The position numbers and the translations under genes are program-made. Positions 44,261-53,928 of a stretch of DNA of 58,783 nucleotides are shown here, one piece after another. Each line of letters starts with the position of its first letter. The stretch's first letter is position 1. Source of the stretch: Candidatus Saccharimonadota bacterium (GTDB lineage: Bacteria > Patescibacteriota > Saccharimonadia > Saccharimonadales > JACDBH01); assembly GCA_043743105.1 (NCBI GenBank), contig JAYTXD010000011.1, positions 26,001-84,783 of the forward strand. The letters are read 5' to 3'. The notes beneath the pieces were generated by a model. The model was not told the origin of the DNA. It worked only from the letters and a program-made list of their open reading frames with translations, and did no database searches.

Positions 44261-44353
44261 TCTGCTTATCCTTAATTATAAGCTGATTATATAGGACTTT
44301 TCTAACTAATGCCAAGATACAAAAAACGAGCTAGTTATATCTGCCTACGCTGA

Positions 44354-44923
44354 TTATGTTGCTGCAACTAAACCATCGGCTATTGTATGGCTGCGAACAT
44401 CAGGTATGCCAACTCCCTCTTTAGTTTTTACTTCCGCTGAAGCGTAAAGCAATAAGCTATTAATTTCAAAGACTTCTGGGTCGGGAGCGAGCAAACCCGT
44501 TGGGAACTCATTTTGGCCTGTATCACACACTATCACTAATTGTCCGGCCGTCATTCTACCTAATTTACCCCATTGTCCTTCTAATTTATTTAAGTTGATG
44601 CCAGTTAAGTCTTCCCTAAAATAATAAGTGTTAAGTTGCAAATCTAACTTGTTTGGAGTTGGCCAACCACTATTTGTAGCCGCCTCTGGAGTAGCGACGG
44701 GGTCGACCGCGTCAAGTCTATAGCCACTTTTTAGTAATGCCAACCTTGTTAAAGTTTGTAAGTAATTTTTATTGTCACTATTGTCACTATTGACGTCAAA
44801 ATTCTTAAAACGTTCCAATATCAAAGCAGGTATTGCACCTGATAATAATGGTGGCAATAATCTGCGCACAGGTCTGCACCTAGCCTGGGTTGTTTGTACC
44901 TCTTTTGTAATATTCTTTGCCAC
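44354..44923 (-). CDS. Hypothetical protein
   Basis: 189-aa ORF with a GTG start and no recognisable motif. It contains a small SDNSDN repeat encoded by a tandem ATTGTCACT. Confidence 0.35.
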   Translation of the reverse strand: MAKNITKEVQTTQARCRPVRRLLPPLLSGAIPALILERFKNFDVNSDNSDNKNYLQTLTRLALLKSGYRLDAVDPVATPEAATNSGWPTPNKLDLQLNTYYFREDLTGINLNKLEGQWGKLGRMTAGQLVIVCDTGQNEFPTGLLAPDPEVFEINSLLLYASAEVKTKEGVGIPDVRSHTIADGLVAAT

Positions 44924-44956
44924 TAAAATACAATTATAGAGGATTTTGCGCTAACT

Positions 44957-45658
44957 TCAAGTGGCTAATTTAATGACGGCAGCGACAGCAGCTGTTTCGG
45001 CTCTTAATGTTAGGCTTCCAAGATTCAGGTAATTTAACTGTTGGTCTTTAAATAACTTTAACTCAGTTTCAGTCCAACCACCCTCGGGGCCTATCAAAAC
45101 ACCTATGGGGTTTTGAGTATTTGATAGTTGATAGGTAATATTTGAGTTAGCTTCATCACAAGAATATAAAGTTAATTTATCTTTATATTCTTGTGTCGCT
45201 TCTTCAATTGTAATTGGTTCGCGGATGTGTGGAATATCACTTCGGCCACATTGTTCGGCTGCTTCAATGGCTATTTTTTGTGCGCGTTCCAGATTAAATC
45301 CCATCTTTTCTGAACGATCGGCAATGAGTGGCACGAAATTGCTTACGCCGAGCTCTGTACACTTTTGAACCACCCAGTCATTCTTGTCTTTTTTTAATAA
45401 CGACCAAAATAAATAAACATGCTTGTTTGGTAGTTTACGTTCAAATTCGGTTACTAGTTTGAGCTCAGTGGCATCCGGCGCAATGCGTGCAATTTTATAA
45501 AGCCGTTCAATAGCTACTCCGTCGAATAGCACCACTTCATCGCCTTCACGGTAACGAAAAACCTTTATCCATTGATTATGAAGTTCTTTACTATTAATCC
45601 AGACTGTTTGCTTCAACTCTACAGAATCTGGAGCAATATAGAAACGATGTAATCTCAT
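44957..45658 (-). CDS. rsmE: 16S rRNA (uracil1498-N3)-methyltransferase RsmE
   Basis: 233-aa ORF with the MRLHRFYI N-terminus and the C-terminal SPOUT knot region LIGPEGGWTETEL...LGSLTLRAETA. Confidence 0.85.
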   Translation of the reverse strand: MRLHRFYIAPDSVELKQTVWINSKELHNQWIKVFRYREGDEVVLFDGVAIERLYKIARIAPDATELKLVTEFERKLPNKHVYLFWSLLKKDKNDWVVQKCTELGVSNFVPLIADRSEKMGFNLERAQKIAIEAAEQCGRSDIPHIREPITIEEATQEYKDKLTLYSCDEANSNITYQLSNTQNPIGVLIGPEGGWTETELKLFKDQQLNYLNLGSLTLRAETAAVAAVIKLAT

Positions 45659-46272
45659 AATTTAATGCCTAGCAAATCTTGGGGCTTATCGACAATGAAA
45701 CTTGGCCGTTGCTTTACGAGAATGGCGCGCGTGTTAAAACCCCATGTAACAGATACGCCTTTTATGAATGCCAACCGTGCTGCTTGTATATCACGTGTTT
45801 CGTCGCCAATGTACACTGTGTGTTTGCGAGCCATGTGGTGCTTTTTCATAAGTTTACGGATATGTTTTGCCTTTTTGAACAATCCTGCGCCTGATTCTAT
45901 GTCGGTAAAATAATCCGGAACTTTGTTAATCTCTAAAAATTTATCGACACTGTCACGGGTGTTTGAGGTTACTATATACAATTTATCTCCTCTTTCATGC
46001 ATTGCTTTGAGTGTTTCAGGTAGACACGGAAACGATCCAAGGGTCGGAATAATAGCTTTAAAATCTGGCAAACCGCTCAGTAGCAGTTTTGGAAGCTGCC
46101 ACCAGTGCACGCCAAGGCTTCGGATAGCCTTACCAGAGGTCATACCTCTAAGCGCAAGAATTTCTTCTGGGCTTAGGGGATTGTCGGACGAACGGATATT
46201 CTTGTTATACACCGCCACCATAGCCACAAAGCTATCGGCAATTGTACCGTCAAAATCAAAAATATAATTCAC
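45655..46272 (-). CDS. HAD-superfamily hydrolase (phosphoglycolate phosphatase-like)
   Basis: HAD motifs FDFDGTIADS (I), IVTSN (II) and K...GDETRDIQAA (III/IV). The track ORF runs to 46416 and would overlap msrA by 128 nt, so I call the GTG at 46270-46272 just before motif I. Confidence 0.7.
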   Translation of the reverse strand: MNYIFDFDGTIADSFVAMVAVYNKNIRSSDNPLSPEEILALRGMTSGKAIRSLGVHWWQLPKLLLSGLPDFKAIIPTLGSFPCLPETLKAMHERGDKLYIVTSNTRDSVDKFLEINKVPDYFTDIESGAGLFKKAKHIRKLMKKHHMARKHTVYIGDETRDIQAARLAFIKGVSVTWGFNTRAILVKQRPSFIVDKPQDLLGIKL

Positions 46273-46288
46273 CCTACAAGTATACAGG

Positions 46289-46771
46289 CTATTTAATAGG
46301 TTCGTAAGGAATATGACACATGCCACGCCCCGTTCGTTCGGCATATTTTTGATGATAGTCTTCTGCAGGCCAAAATTCTGATGACTGAGTAATTTCCGTA
46401 ACAATAGCTTCGTCAAAGTTTGCTTGTGATTGCCCTTTTATAGCCTCAGCCTGTACTTTTTGGGCATCGGTAGTATAAAAAATTGCCGTACGATAACTGT
46501 CGCCGACATCAGGACCTTGACGGTTCATTTGCGTGGGATCATGTATCTTAAAAAACTGTTTTAAGAGCGTTTCGTAGCTTACTTCTGATGGGTCGAAGGT
46601 AATTTTTAACGCTTCGGCATGCCCCGTAGTATGGCTGCATACATCTTCATACGTTGGCTTTTCGGTATGCCCGCCCGTATAACCAACGACTGTTTCTTTT
46701 ACGCCAGGAACTTGGTCAAAGTAGAACTGCACGCCCCAAAAGCACCCTGCTGCAAAAATCGCTGTTTCCAC
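46289..46771 (-). CDS. msrA: Peptide-methionine (S)-S-oxide reductase MsrA
   Basis: 160-aa ORF with a GTG start, the active-site sequence GCFWGVQ and GYTGG. It overlaps the DUF427 stop by 1 nt. Confidence 0.9.
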   Translation of the reverse strand: METAIFAAGCFWGVQFYFDQVPGVKETVVGYTGGHTEKPTYEDVCSHTTGHAEALKITFDPSEVSYETLLKQFFKIHDPTQMNRQGPDVGDSYRTAIFYTTDAQKVQAEAIKGQSQANFDEAIVTEITQSSEFWPAEDYHQKYAERTGRGMCHIPYEPIK

Positions 46772-47073
46772 TATTCGCTAACCTTAATATCGCGCCAAAA
46801 GGCTACGTAGTTAGAAAAATCTTTTTTTACGATATCAATAGCGCCTGGTTTTGGTTCTGGGTAGCTAAAGGCTGCGTCTTGGCTTTCTGTATCACCAGCC
46901 TTAACCGTAAAGTATTGGCAGACTCCCTTCCATGGGCAGGTATAGGGTGTATCTGATTTTGTTAGGAATTCTTGCTTGACTGAACTCGGTGGAAAATACC
47001 AGTTACCTTCTATATAAATTAGGTCTGCTTTATCAGCCTCGGCAATAACGTGGTCGTTTAGCATTGCTTTCAT
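46771..47073 (-). CDS. DUF427-domain protein
   Basis: 100-aa ORF with the EGNWYFP and CPWKGVCQYF patterns typical of DUF427. Confidence 0.7.
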   Translation of the reverse strand: MKAMLNDHVIAEADKADLIYIEGNWYFPPSSVKQEFLTKSDTPYTCPWKGVCQYFTVKAGDTESQDAAFSYPEPKPGAIDIVKKDFSNYVAFWRDIKVSE

Positions 47074-47113
47074 GATGTTACTCCTTTTAATACTTTTAGT
47101 TTAGCAGATAAAC

Positions 47114-48490
47114 CTATTCTGTTCTAAGGGCTTCAATTGGGTCAAGCTTGGCCGCCTTACGAGCTGGCAAGTAGCCTGCAAGCATAGCAACTATTACCAG
47201 TGCGGCAATAAGTGCAATGATCTGCAAGGGCTTAAAGATCAGCAAACTGTTTCCAGCACCTAAATCAAGCTTTTTAGTAATCCATGGATTAAGCGGGATC
47301 CCAACACCAATTGCAATGACTGCACCTATCACGCCGCCCAAGAATCCGATCCAGCCAGCCTCGAGCATAAAGAGGCTGCGCACGTCACGAGAACGCATAC
47401 CGAGTGCTTTCATCAGGCCAATCTCACGCGTACGTTCGAGGACGCTAATGTACTGCGTATTGACGATGCCAAATATAGAGGCTACAAGCGTGATCAGACC
47501 AAATACGCCAACTAGAATCTGCAAGATATTAACAACTTGCGTAATCTGCTTCTGGATGTCCTTACTTCCCTGTGTAAAATAGCCTTTCTGCTTAAGATCA
47601 GACTGGGCAGCGGCAATATTTTTTTCGTTGGTACCGTCTTTAATGTGGGCATAGACATAGACATACTTGCCATAATTAGTCATACCTTTTGTGGTGTAGT
47701 CATAGACTTCGCGCGCATCTTTAGCCGAAAAAAGTACTGGTAGTGCACCAAAGCTAATGCTGGTTGCTGCCTTTTTTGTGACTGCTACAACGGTATACGA
47801 AACGTCTTTGCTGGGCGGTACCACGGCATTTAAGTCGCTACCCCGCTGAATAAAAGCAAGCAGATCCTCGGCTGTTGACTGCCCAAAAGGTTGCTGGACA
47901 TGAAGTTTAACTGTCTTACCAATTGCATCCTGGGCATTCTTAAAACCCAGCGTACTAATGTAGCCGTCGGGTAATGCTATAGTGCCACTTTTTATATCAC
48001 CGTTTCCTGGGATGGTACCGGCCTGTATTTCAGGTTTTTGAGCAGGGTTAAAGACTTCGCCAGTAACGGTATACTTTTTCTGTCCGTCACGAGTAATATA
48101 ACGAGGCGTTAACTGAAAATTTTCTCTCACATGCTCGATGTAGCTGATCTTTTTTAAGGCAGCAACGTCGGCATCAGTAACCTGCTTTATCTGAATTGTA
48201 CTACCGTTACCACCAACGGTGAGCGAAGAAATTGAATCATCATACTCTTTAGGCGCCGTGTTGGGGCTGCCACTGTTACCTATTTCTTTATCTCTTCCAA
48301 CAATCAGTTCTGCAGGGTCAAAGTTACTTTTTACCAGCCTATCAGTATAGCCTCTTACACCATTGCCGGCAGCTAATGTTGCCGTTAGGGTAAAACCGCC
48401 GACAGCAATAGCAAGCGATGTCAGAATGGTACGGGCTTTGGCGCTGCGTAGTGAACGGCTGCCCCTGCGAATAATATCCGTGGCTCGCAT
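47114..48490 (-). CDS. ABC transporter permease, FtsX/MacB-like
   Basis: N-terminal TM, a large periplasmic-type domain and a C-terminal 3-TM FtsX-like domain (ERTREIGLMKALGM). I start it at MRATDIIRRG (ATG 48488-48490), which overlaps the ATPase stop by 1 nt. Confidence 0.8.
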   Translation of the reverse strand: MRATDIIRRGSRSLRSAKARTILTSLAIAVGGFTLTATLAAGNGVRGYTDRLVKSNFDPAELIVGRDKEIGNSGSPNTAPKEYDDSISSLTVGGNGSTIQIKQVTDADVAALKKISYIEHVRENFQLTPRYITRDGQKKYTVTGEVFNPAQKPEIQAGTIPGNGDIKSGTIALPDGYISTLGFKNAQDAIGKTVKLHVQQPFGQSTAEDLLAFIQRGSDLNAVVPPSKDVSYTVVAVTKKAATSISFGALPVLFSAKDAREVYDYTTKGMTNYGKYVYVYAHIKDGTNEKNIAAAQSDLKQKGYFTQGSKDIQKQITQVVNILQILVGVFGLITLVASIFGIVNTQYISVLERTREIGLMKALGMRSRDVRSLFMLEAGWIGFLGGVIGAVIAIGVGIPLNPWITKKLDLGAGNSLLIFKPLQIIALIAALVIVAMLAGYLPARKAAKLDPIEALRTE

Positions 48491-49170
48491 TATTTTGTCC
48501 CTTTCACGGACTCTATTTTTCCGTCTTTTATGCGTACCTGGATCTTGCAACGTGCAGCAAGGTCATGGTCATGCGTTACGATAATTAACGTACTTCCGAG
48601 TGTTTTGTTAAGATCAAAAAGTAAATCCATAATTTTATCGCCTGTTGCACTGTCTAAGTTACCCGTTGGTTCATCTGCAAAGATAAGTTTAGGCTTGTTA
48701 ACAATGGCGCGCGCAATAGCGAGACGCTGCTTTTGCCCCCCCGACAAACTGTTGGCAAGCTTATCAATTTTGTCTTCCAGCTCAACTTCTTTTAACGCAT
48801 CCTCTACCAGCTGGCGACGTTTGCGGCGCGGTACACCCACTATTTCGAGCGGCAGCATAACGTTTTGATAACACGTTTGGTTTGGCTCAATAAAGAATGA
48901 CTGGAATATAAAGCTCATGTCGGTAAAACGGAACCTGTCAATAGCTTTGGGCTTTAAGGAGCTTAAGTCTTTCTTGTCTATGACAATCGTACCTGAGGTC
49001 ACACGATCCAAGCCACTCATCACATGCATAAGTGTTGATTTGCCTGAGCCACTCTTACCAATAATAGCCACCGTCGCGCCATCAGGAATGTGCAAATTTA
49101 CATCGTCGAGCGCAGTAAATATGCCTTCTTTTTTACCATATTGTTTAGTAACCCCTGTAACGTCTATCAT
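48490..49170 (-). CDS. ABC transporter ATP-binding protein (MacB/LolD-like)
   Basis: 226-aa ORF with Walker A GKSGSGKST, signature LSGGQKQR and Walker B LIFADEPT. Confidence 0.9.
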   Translation of the reverse strand: MIDVTGVTKQYGKKEGIFTALDDVNLHIPDGATVAIIGKSGSGKSTLMHVMSGLDRVTSGTIVIDKKDLSSLKPKAIDRFRFTDMSFIFQSFFIEPNQTCYQNVMLPLEIVGVPRRKRRQLVEDALKEVELEDKIDKLANSLSGGQKQRLAIARAIVNKPKLIFADEPTGNLDSATGDKIMDLLFDLNKTLGSTLIIVTHDHDLAARCKIQVRIKDGKIESVKGTK

Positions 49171-49290
49171 GTAGCGCCCCGTGTTATGTCTTCCACATCA
49201 TACAACACAAGCGTTATCGTTACCGCATCAAAACACAATCATTAGCAAGCGTAGACTGATTTAGAGTGCTATCAATCTGTTATTTGCTGG

Positions 49291-49296
49291 TATACT
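49291..49296 (+). promoter_or_regulatory. Extended -10 box TGgTATACT 8 nt upstream of the ABC-F ATG (leaderless-type)
   Basis: CTGGTATACT-AATACCTT-ATG, with no Shine-Dalgarno sequence. Confidence 0.5.
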
Positions 49297-49304
49297 AATA
49301 CCTT

Positions 49305-50960
49305 ATGCTCCTCCGCGTTAACATCGAAGACAAGCTTATAGGCAATAAGCACCTGCTGCATGACTTGCAGTTTTTTGTTGATGACAACGAAAAAATTGGT
49401 GTGGTTGGCCGAAATGGCGTCGGTAAAACGACACTCTTTAACGTACTCGCCGGCACTGATACCGAATTTGAAGGCTCGATTGACCTTAAAAAAGGTCTCC
49501 GAATGATTGCAACTGCTCAAGAGCACCATAACATTGGTGAGGTGACAGCTGTGCAGTATATCTTAGACCGCCTACCCGACTATAAAAGGTTGAAAGAAAT
49601 TATTGATACCTACCCAGAAACAATGGGTGACAACATGCGTAAGATTCATGAATACTCCGAAGCGTTGGAAAAGTTTGGCGATAAAGGCTACTACGATATT
49701 GAAGACCGAATTATGCAGAACTTGGCCAAGTATCAGATTGACGAGCAAAAAGCATTAATGCCAATGACGGGATTAAGCGGTGGCCAAAAGCGATTTGTAG
49801 AACTCATTTTGGTACAGTTTTCTGAGCCAGACCTGGCTTTAATCGATGAACCGACAAACCATATGGACTATATTGCTAAGAAAGCGTTTATAGAGTGGCT
49901 TGAGGCTGCAAAGCATGCTTGCTTGATCATTACCCACGACCGCGATGTACTCGAAAAAGTTGACCGCATTATTGATCTTAAGGATAAAAAAGCCTTTGGC
50001 TACAAAGGCAACTACAGTGCATATTTAAAACAAAATACGACCAACACTACCAACCAACTACAAAGTTACGAAATTGCTCAAAAAACTATGGCGAACGTAC
50101 GCAGCCAAATTGCCTACGCCATTGCCCGCGCGCCTGGTTATGCCGGTAAATCTGCCAATAACCCGTTTATTGTTATGCGCGACCGTTTACAAAAACAGCT
50201 TAAAGAACTGGAAGCTGCAAACCCCAAGCCGAGCTTTTGGATCGACCAAGAATCGGCTGCAGCGCTTAACCCTAAGACCACTGCCAACTACGAGAAATTT
50301 AAGGCCAAAAATATTAAGATCGATAAACAAACCGAGGGTGAACGTGCGACAACCCTGCTTACACTGAACGGCGTGCAACTTGGCTACGATACTAACCCGC
50401 TCTTTGCACCGGTTAGCTTTGCTCTGCAATCCGCTGAGCGCTTGCATATTATTGGGCGTAACGGAGCTGGTAAAACCACATTGGTGCGTGCTATTGCCAA
50501 TGGCGTTCGAGGCGAAAAAATTCCAACACTTTTAAAGGGCACCATAACGCCTGGGCATCACATTCGTCTTAATATGTACGAGCAAGAAATGGGTGACAAA
50601 CTTCTCGACCTAACCCTGTATGAAGCTATCGAGAGCATTTACAGGGACTTTGACTTAGCCATTAACCCACAGCATATTATGCGCAGTATGGGTGACTACT
50701 TGTTTGAACCTGCCGTTGATTCACAAATATTGGTCAAGAACCTCAGCGGAGGCCAAAAAGCCCGTTTACAGCTTATTAGAATGCTTATCAACAAGCCCAA
50801 CCTACTTATTTTGGATGAGCCAACCAACCACCTTGACCTCCCGAGTATCGAAGAACTAGAAAATGCCCTCAAACCCTACCACGGTGCCATTATTTATATC
50901 TCTCATGACAGCTACTTTGCCCGCAACTTAGGCGGCAAAGAACTCAAAATTGGTAAGTAG
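49305..50960 (+). CDS. ABC-F family ATPase (tandem NBDs, no TM domain)
   Basis: 551-aa ORF with two sets of motifs (GRNGVGKTT / LSGGQKRF / LIDEPTNHMD and GRNGAGKTT / LSGGQKARL / ILDEPTNHLD) joined by a linker. TGgTATACT lies 8 nt upstream of the ATG. Confidence 0.85.
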   Translation: MLLRVNIEDKLIGNKHLLHDLQFFVDDNEKIGVVGRNGVGKTTLFNVLAGTDTEFEGSIDLKKGLRMIATAQEHHNIGEVTAVQYILDRLPDYKRLKEIIDTYPETMGDNMRKIHEYSEALEKFGDKGYYDIEDRIMQNLAKYQIDEQKALMPMTGLSGGQKRFVELILVQFSEPDLALIDEPTNHMDYIAKKAFIEWLEAAKHACLIITHDRDVLEKVDRIIDLKDKKAFGYKGNYSAYLKQNTTNTTNQLQSYEIAQKTMANVRSQIAYAIARAPGYAGKSANNPFIVMRDRLQKQLKELEAANPKPSFWIDQESAAALNPKTTANYEKFKAKNIKIDKQTEGERATTLLTLNGVQLGYDTNPLFAPVSFALQSAERLHIIGRNGAGKTTLVRAIANGVRGEKIPTLLKGTITPGHHIRLNMYEQEMGDKLLDLTLYEAIESIYRDFDLAINPQHIMRSMGDYLFEPAVDSQILVKNLSGGQKARLQLIRMLINKPNLLILDEPTNHLDLPSIEELENALKPYHGAIIYISHDSYFARNLGGKELKIGK

Positions 50961-50961
50961 C

Positions 50962-51834
50962 CTACACAGGCATTAGACGCTTTAAAATGTCTGCCGTTAC
51001 TAGTAGGCTTTCGATTTGGTGCGTACGCATACCCTGTAGCGAGGGGTTGAAGTCTATTTTGTCGTAAAGTGCCATTATCCAAAAGCCAAGAATCCAGGCG
51101 AGCGATGCAAGGTCTAAATTCTCTTGAAAATGCCCAACCACATCAAGCCCTGATTTTTGCACGTTTATAAGCATGCCATTTATATCGAATGTTGCGTTCC
51201 CCAAGCTTGCCCAGTTCCAGTCAACAAGTACGCCCCTGTCTTCGTTTTCATTGTATGCAAAGTTATCACTGCGAGCATCAAAATGTACTAAATCATTCCC
51301 TTGCCACGGATCATGTGCAGCAAGTTCAGTACATCTTTTTACAAATACCTCATCGTGCAAGAGTTCTTGTAGCTTTTTATGTGACCCGGGATAAGATTTC
51401 TCCACCCACTTATAGGTATCAACTGTATAGTCATGTACCTGCCAGGGATTTGGGCCAAAGTGATCATTTTTTGCAAAATACCCAGATATTTGACTCGATA
51501 ATTTAGCCAGATTTTTCATACACGTGATTGCGGCAACTACTTTTTTATGGGTCCATGTATCAGACCAGTCCCATGACGACAGGTCATCAAGGGCCAGACC
51601 GTCCGTTCCGCTGCAGAGCATTTTAGGCGCGCATTTGTCACCGTGTTCGTTAAGCCATTCGTACGCGTATATCTCTTTTTCAAGCCAGGCTTGGGTCATG
51701 TCATCAACGGCCATCTTTATAAACACCGTTTGTCCACTCGGCAATGTTACGACTCCACGCTTAGCCTTCGTAAATCCGCCAGTAACAGGCTTTATGCCGT
51801 TTTCGGCAGCCTTTTTTACATCTTGCCAGTTCAT
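50962..51834 (-). CDS. Phosphotransferase-family kinase (APH/choline-kinase-like fold)
   Basis: 290-aa ORF with the catalytic-loop sequence LVHFDARSDNF (HxDxxxxN) and the metal-binding sequence VLVDWNWA. Substrate unknown. Confidence 0.6.
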   Translation of the reverse strand: MNWQDVKKAAENGIKPVTGGFTKAKRGVVTLPSGQTVFIKMAVDDMTQAWLEKEIYAYEWLNEHGDKCAPKMLCSGTDGLALDDLSSWDWSDTWTHKKVVAAITCMKNLAKLSSQISGYFAKNDHFGPNPWQVHDYTVDTYKWVEKSYPGSHKKLQELLHDEVFVKRCTELAAHDPWQGNDLVHFDARSDNFAYNENEDRGVLVDWNWASLGNATFDINGMLINVQKSGLDVVGHFQENLDLASLAWILGFWIMALYDKIDFNPSLQGMRTHQIESLLVTADILKRLMPV

Positions 51835-51835
51835 A

Positions 51836-53353
51836 CTAAAACTTTACATCTGGGTATATGGCCTTAGTAACATTGTCGTATTCGGTTTTGAGCTGTGGGA
51901 ACGGCACACCTTCGCGCGCAGTGACACCTTCAAAGATCCAAAAGACGCGCTCACTAAATCCAAGACCACAAGTCGGCGGCATACCGTATTCGAGCATTTC
52001 GACGTAGTCGATGTCGAGCATCATCGCTTCGTCGTCACCCGCGTCACGCATGCCCTGCTGTTCCAAAAATCGGTTGAGTTGGTCAACGGGGTCATTAAGC
52101 TCACTAAATAAGTTGCACAGCTCGCTACCAGCAATAACCGCCTGAGCACGCTGCGTAAAGTTCGGGTCTTCGTCGTTTGACTTACTTAATGGAGATATAA
52201 AGGCTGGCGTGTTAATAAGCCAGACAGGCCCCACCACATCCTTGCGGATATTCTTCCAGAGTTTATCGATACCACGTGGAATATTTTCGGTCTTTTCGAT
52301 CTCCAGTTTATGTTTTTTAAGCTCAGACTGAATCTGTGCAATCGTGCAGTTAAAAATATCAATGTCGTAATGGTCTTTTATGACGGTAGCGTAGTCCCAT
52401 TGCTCCCATTTTTTCGTCATATCGACTTCTTTGCCGCCAACCTTAAAATGTAATGTTCCAAATGTTTTTTCTAAAATCGTGCGGAACATGTCTTCCATGA
52501 GCGCCATGCCGTCTTGCCAGTCGGCATATGCCCAATACCATTCCATAGCTACGTGCTCTGGTAAATGCTCGTCTGAGTAGTTTTCGTTTCTAAACCTCGG
52601 ACCAATGTCGTAGACTTTTTCAAAGCCCGCACCAATAAGCCTTTTTAGCGGCAACTCATGGGAGATACGAAGGTAAAAGTCTTGGTCCAATGCATCCATG
52701 TGCGTCACGAAAGGGTTGGCGTCCGCTCCACCGGTGGTATGTTCAAGCACAGGAATATTGACCTCTAAAAAGCCTTTTTCGTTCATGAAGTCACGTGTAG
52801 CTTGCCAGAATTTACTTCTGCGGATAAACCGCTGTCGCACACCTGGGTTGACGTTCATGTCGACATAGCGCCTACGCATACGCTGCTCAATGTCGGTAAA
52901 GCCTTCTTGCTCACTTGGCATAGGACGAAGCGACTTGGTAAGAATACGAAGAATCTGTACATGAACAGATAATTCACCAGTCTTTGTTCTGATAACTGGC
53001 CCTGAGGCTTCAATAAAGTCGCCAGAATCTAGCAACGGAAGTTCGCTTGGCAAATTAAGCTCGCTATTTTTACGATTAGGCGCGGCTTTGCTTTCGTCCT
53101 GCTGAATAAAAAGCTGTAGATTACTCGAGCCATCGTCGCCAATCACCACAAAGGCAATTTTGCCAAATTTTCGAATAGACTTGATGCGACCCACCGCTGT
53201 AACTGTCTTGCCTTCAAGCGCATCAAAACTCGTTGTTATAGTTTCGATATCGTGCGTACGATTAGCTTTGGCCGGGTATGGGTTAACGCCAAGTTTTTTA
53301 AGCTCATCTAATTTGCGTAAACGCTCGTTTCGAAAGTCTTGTAGTGTTGCCAT
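51836..53353 (-). CDS. lysS: Lysine--tRNA ligase (class II)
   Basis: 505-aa ORF with an OB anticodon-binding domain (GRIKSIRKFGKIAFVVIGD) and class II motifs (FRNE..., GGLGFSERVF-like). TATAAT lies 9 nt upstream of the ATG. Confidence 0.95.
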   Translation of the reverse strand: MATLQDFRNERLRKLDELKKLGVNPYPAKANRTHDIETITTSFDALEGKTVTAVGRIKSIRKFGKIAFVVIGDDGSSNLQLFIQQDESKAAPNRKNSELNLPSELPLLDSGDFIEASGPVIRTKTGELSVHVQILRILTKSLRPMPSEQEGFTDIEQRMRRRYVDMNVNPGVRQRFIRRSKFWQATRDFMNEKGFLEVNIPVLEHTTGGADANPFVTHMDALDQDFYLRISHELPLKRLIGAGFEKVYDIGPRFRNENYSDEHLPEHVAMEWYWAYADWQDGMALMEDMFRTILEKTFGTLHFKVGGKEVDMTKKWEQWDYATVIKDHYDIDIFNCTIAQIQSELKKHKLEIEKTENIPRGIDKLWKNIRKDVVGPVWLINTPAFISPLSKSNDEDPNFTQRAQAVIAGSELCNLFSELNDPVDQLNRFLEQQGMRDAGDDEAMMLDIDYVEMLEYGMPPTCGLGFSERVFWIFEGVTAREGVPFPQLKTEYDNVTKAIYPDVKF

Positions 53354-53380
53354 ATACGCTTAATTATACAACAGATGCAG

Positions 53381-53842
53381 TTAGGAGATGTCGGCAATTT
53401 TGTAGGTTGTAGTGTCGGCCGGTGTTTTGATTTCGACTTCATCACCTTCTTTTTTACCAAGCAAAGCTTTGCCAATCGGCGACTCGTCAGAAATTTTGTG
53501 GTTTAGTGGGTCGGCTTCAACTGTGCCGACGACCTGAAATTCTTTGGTGGCACCATCGGGACTTTTAAGCTTTACGCTTGAGCCAAGCTGAACTTTACTG
53601 TCACCTTTTGGCGCTTTTATAATTTCGGAGTTTTGGAGAATGTTTTCGATTTCTTCAATACGACCCTCTTGGCGGCCTTGTTCTTCTTTAGCTTCGTGAT
53701 ATTCGGCATTTTCTGCAAGATCACCTTGTGAGCGTGCAGTCGCAATAGCCTCAGCGAGTTGTGTGCGGTGGCTAATTAACTCGGCTAACTCGGCACTGAG
53801 CTCGGTGTGACCTTCCTGGGTCAAGTGAAATTGTTTTTTCAT
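53381..53842 (-). CDS. greA: Transcription elongation factor GreA
   Basis: Coiled-coil with GDLAENAEYHEAKEEQ plus a C-terminal FKBP-like domain. I start it at MKKQFHLTQEG (ATG 53840-53842), because the 19 extra codons in the track ORF look non-coding. Confidence 0.85.
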   Translation of the reverse strand: MKKQFHLTQEGHTELSAELAELISHRTQLAEAIATARSQGDLAENAEYHEAKEEQGRQEGRIEEIENILQNSEIIKAPKGDSKVQLGSSVKLKSPDGATKEFQVVGTVEADPLNHKISDESPIGKALLGKKEGDEVEIKTPADTTTYKIADIS

Positions 53843-53928
53843 GTGGTTTATTCCTTTATTTGTCAATCGGAAAGGGTTAAAAAATACTGGCTCAATCAAT
53901 AGTTGCCAGAATAATTACAGTATATCAA

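Noticed and set aside
51524-52111. 195-aa plus-strand ORF spanning the kinase/lysS junction
   Set aside because: It is antisense to two well-supported genes at once. It has no motifs and reads like a mirror-frame artefact.
53843-53899. N-terminal extensions of track ORFs: greA to 53899, rseP to 57399, frr to 58140, ABC permease to 48550, HAD hydrolase to 46416, padR from 21091
   Set aside because: The extensions add non-conserved residues and overlap upstream genes (permease, HAD) or ignore better signals: SD-ATG for frr and padR, and TATACT-N9-ATG for rseP. Shorter starts were chosen.
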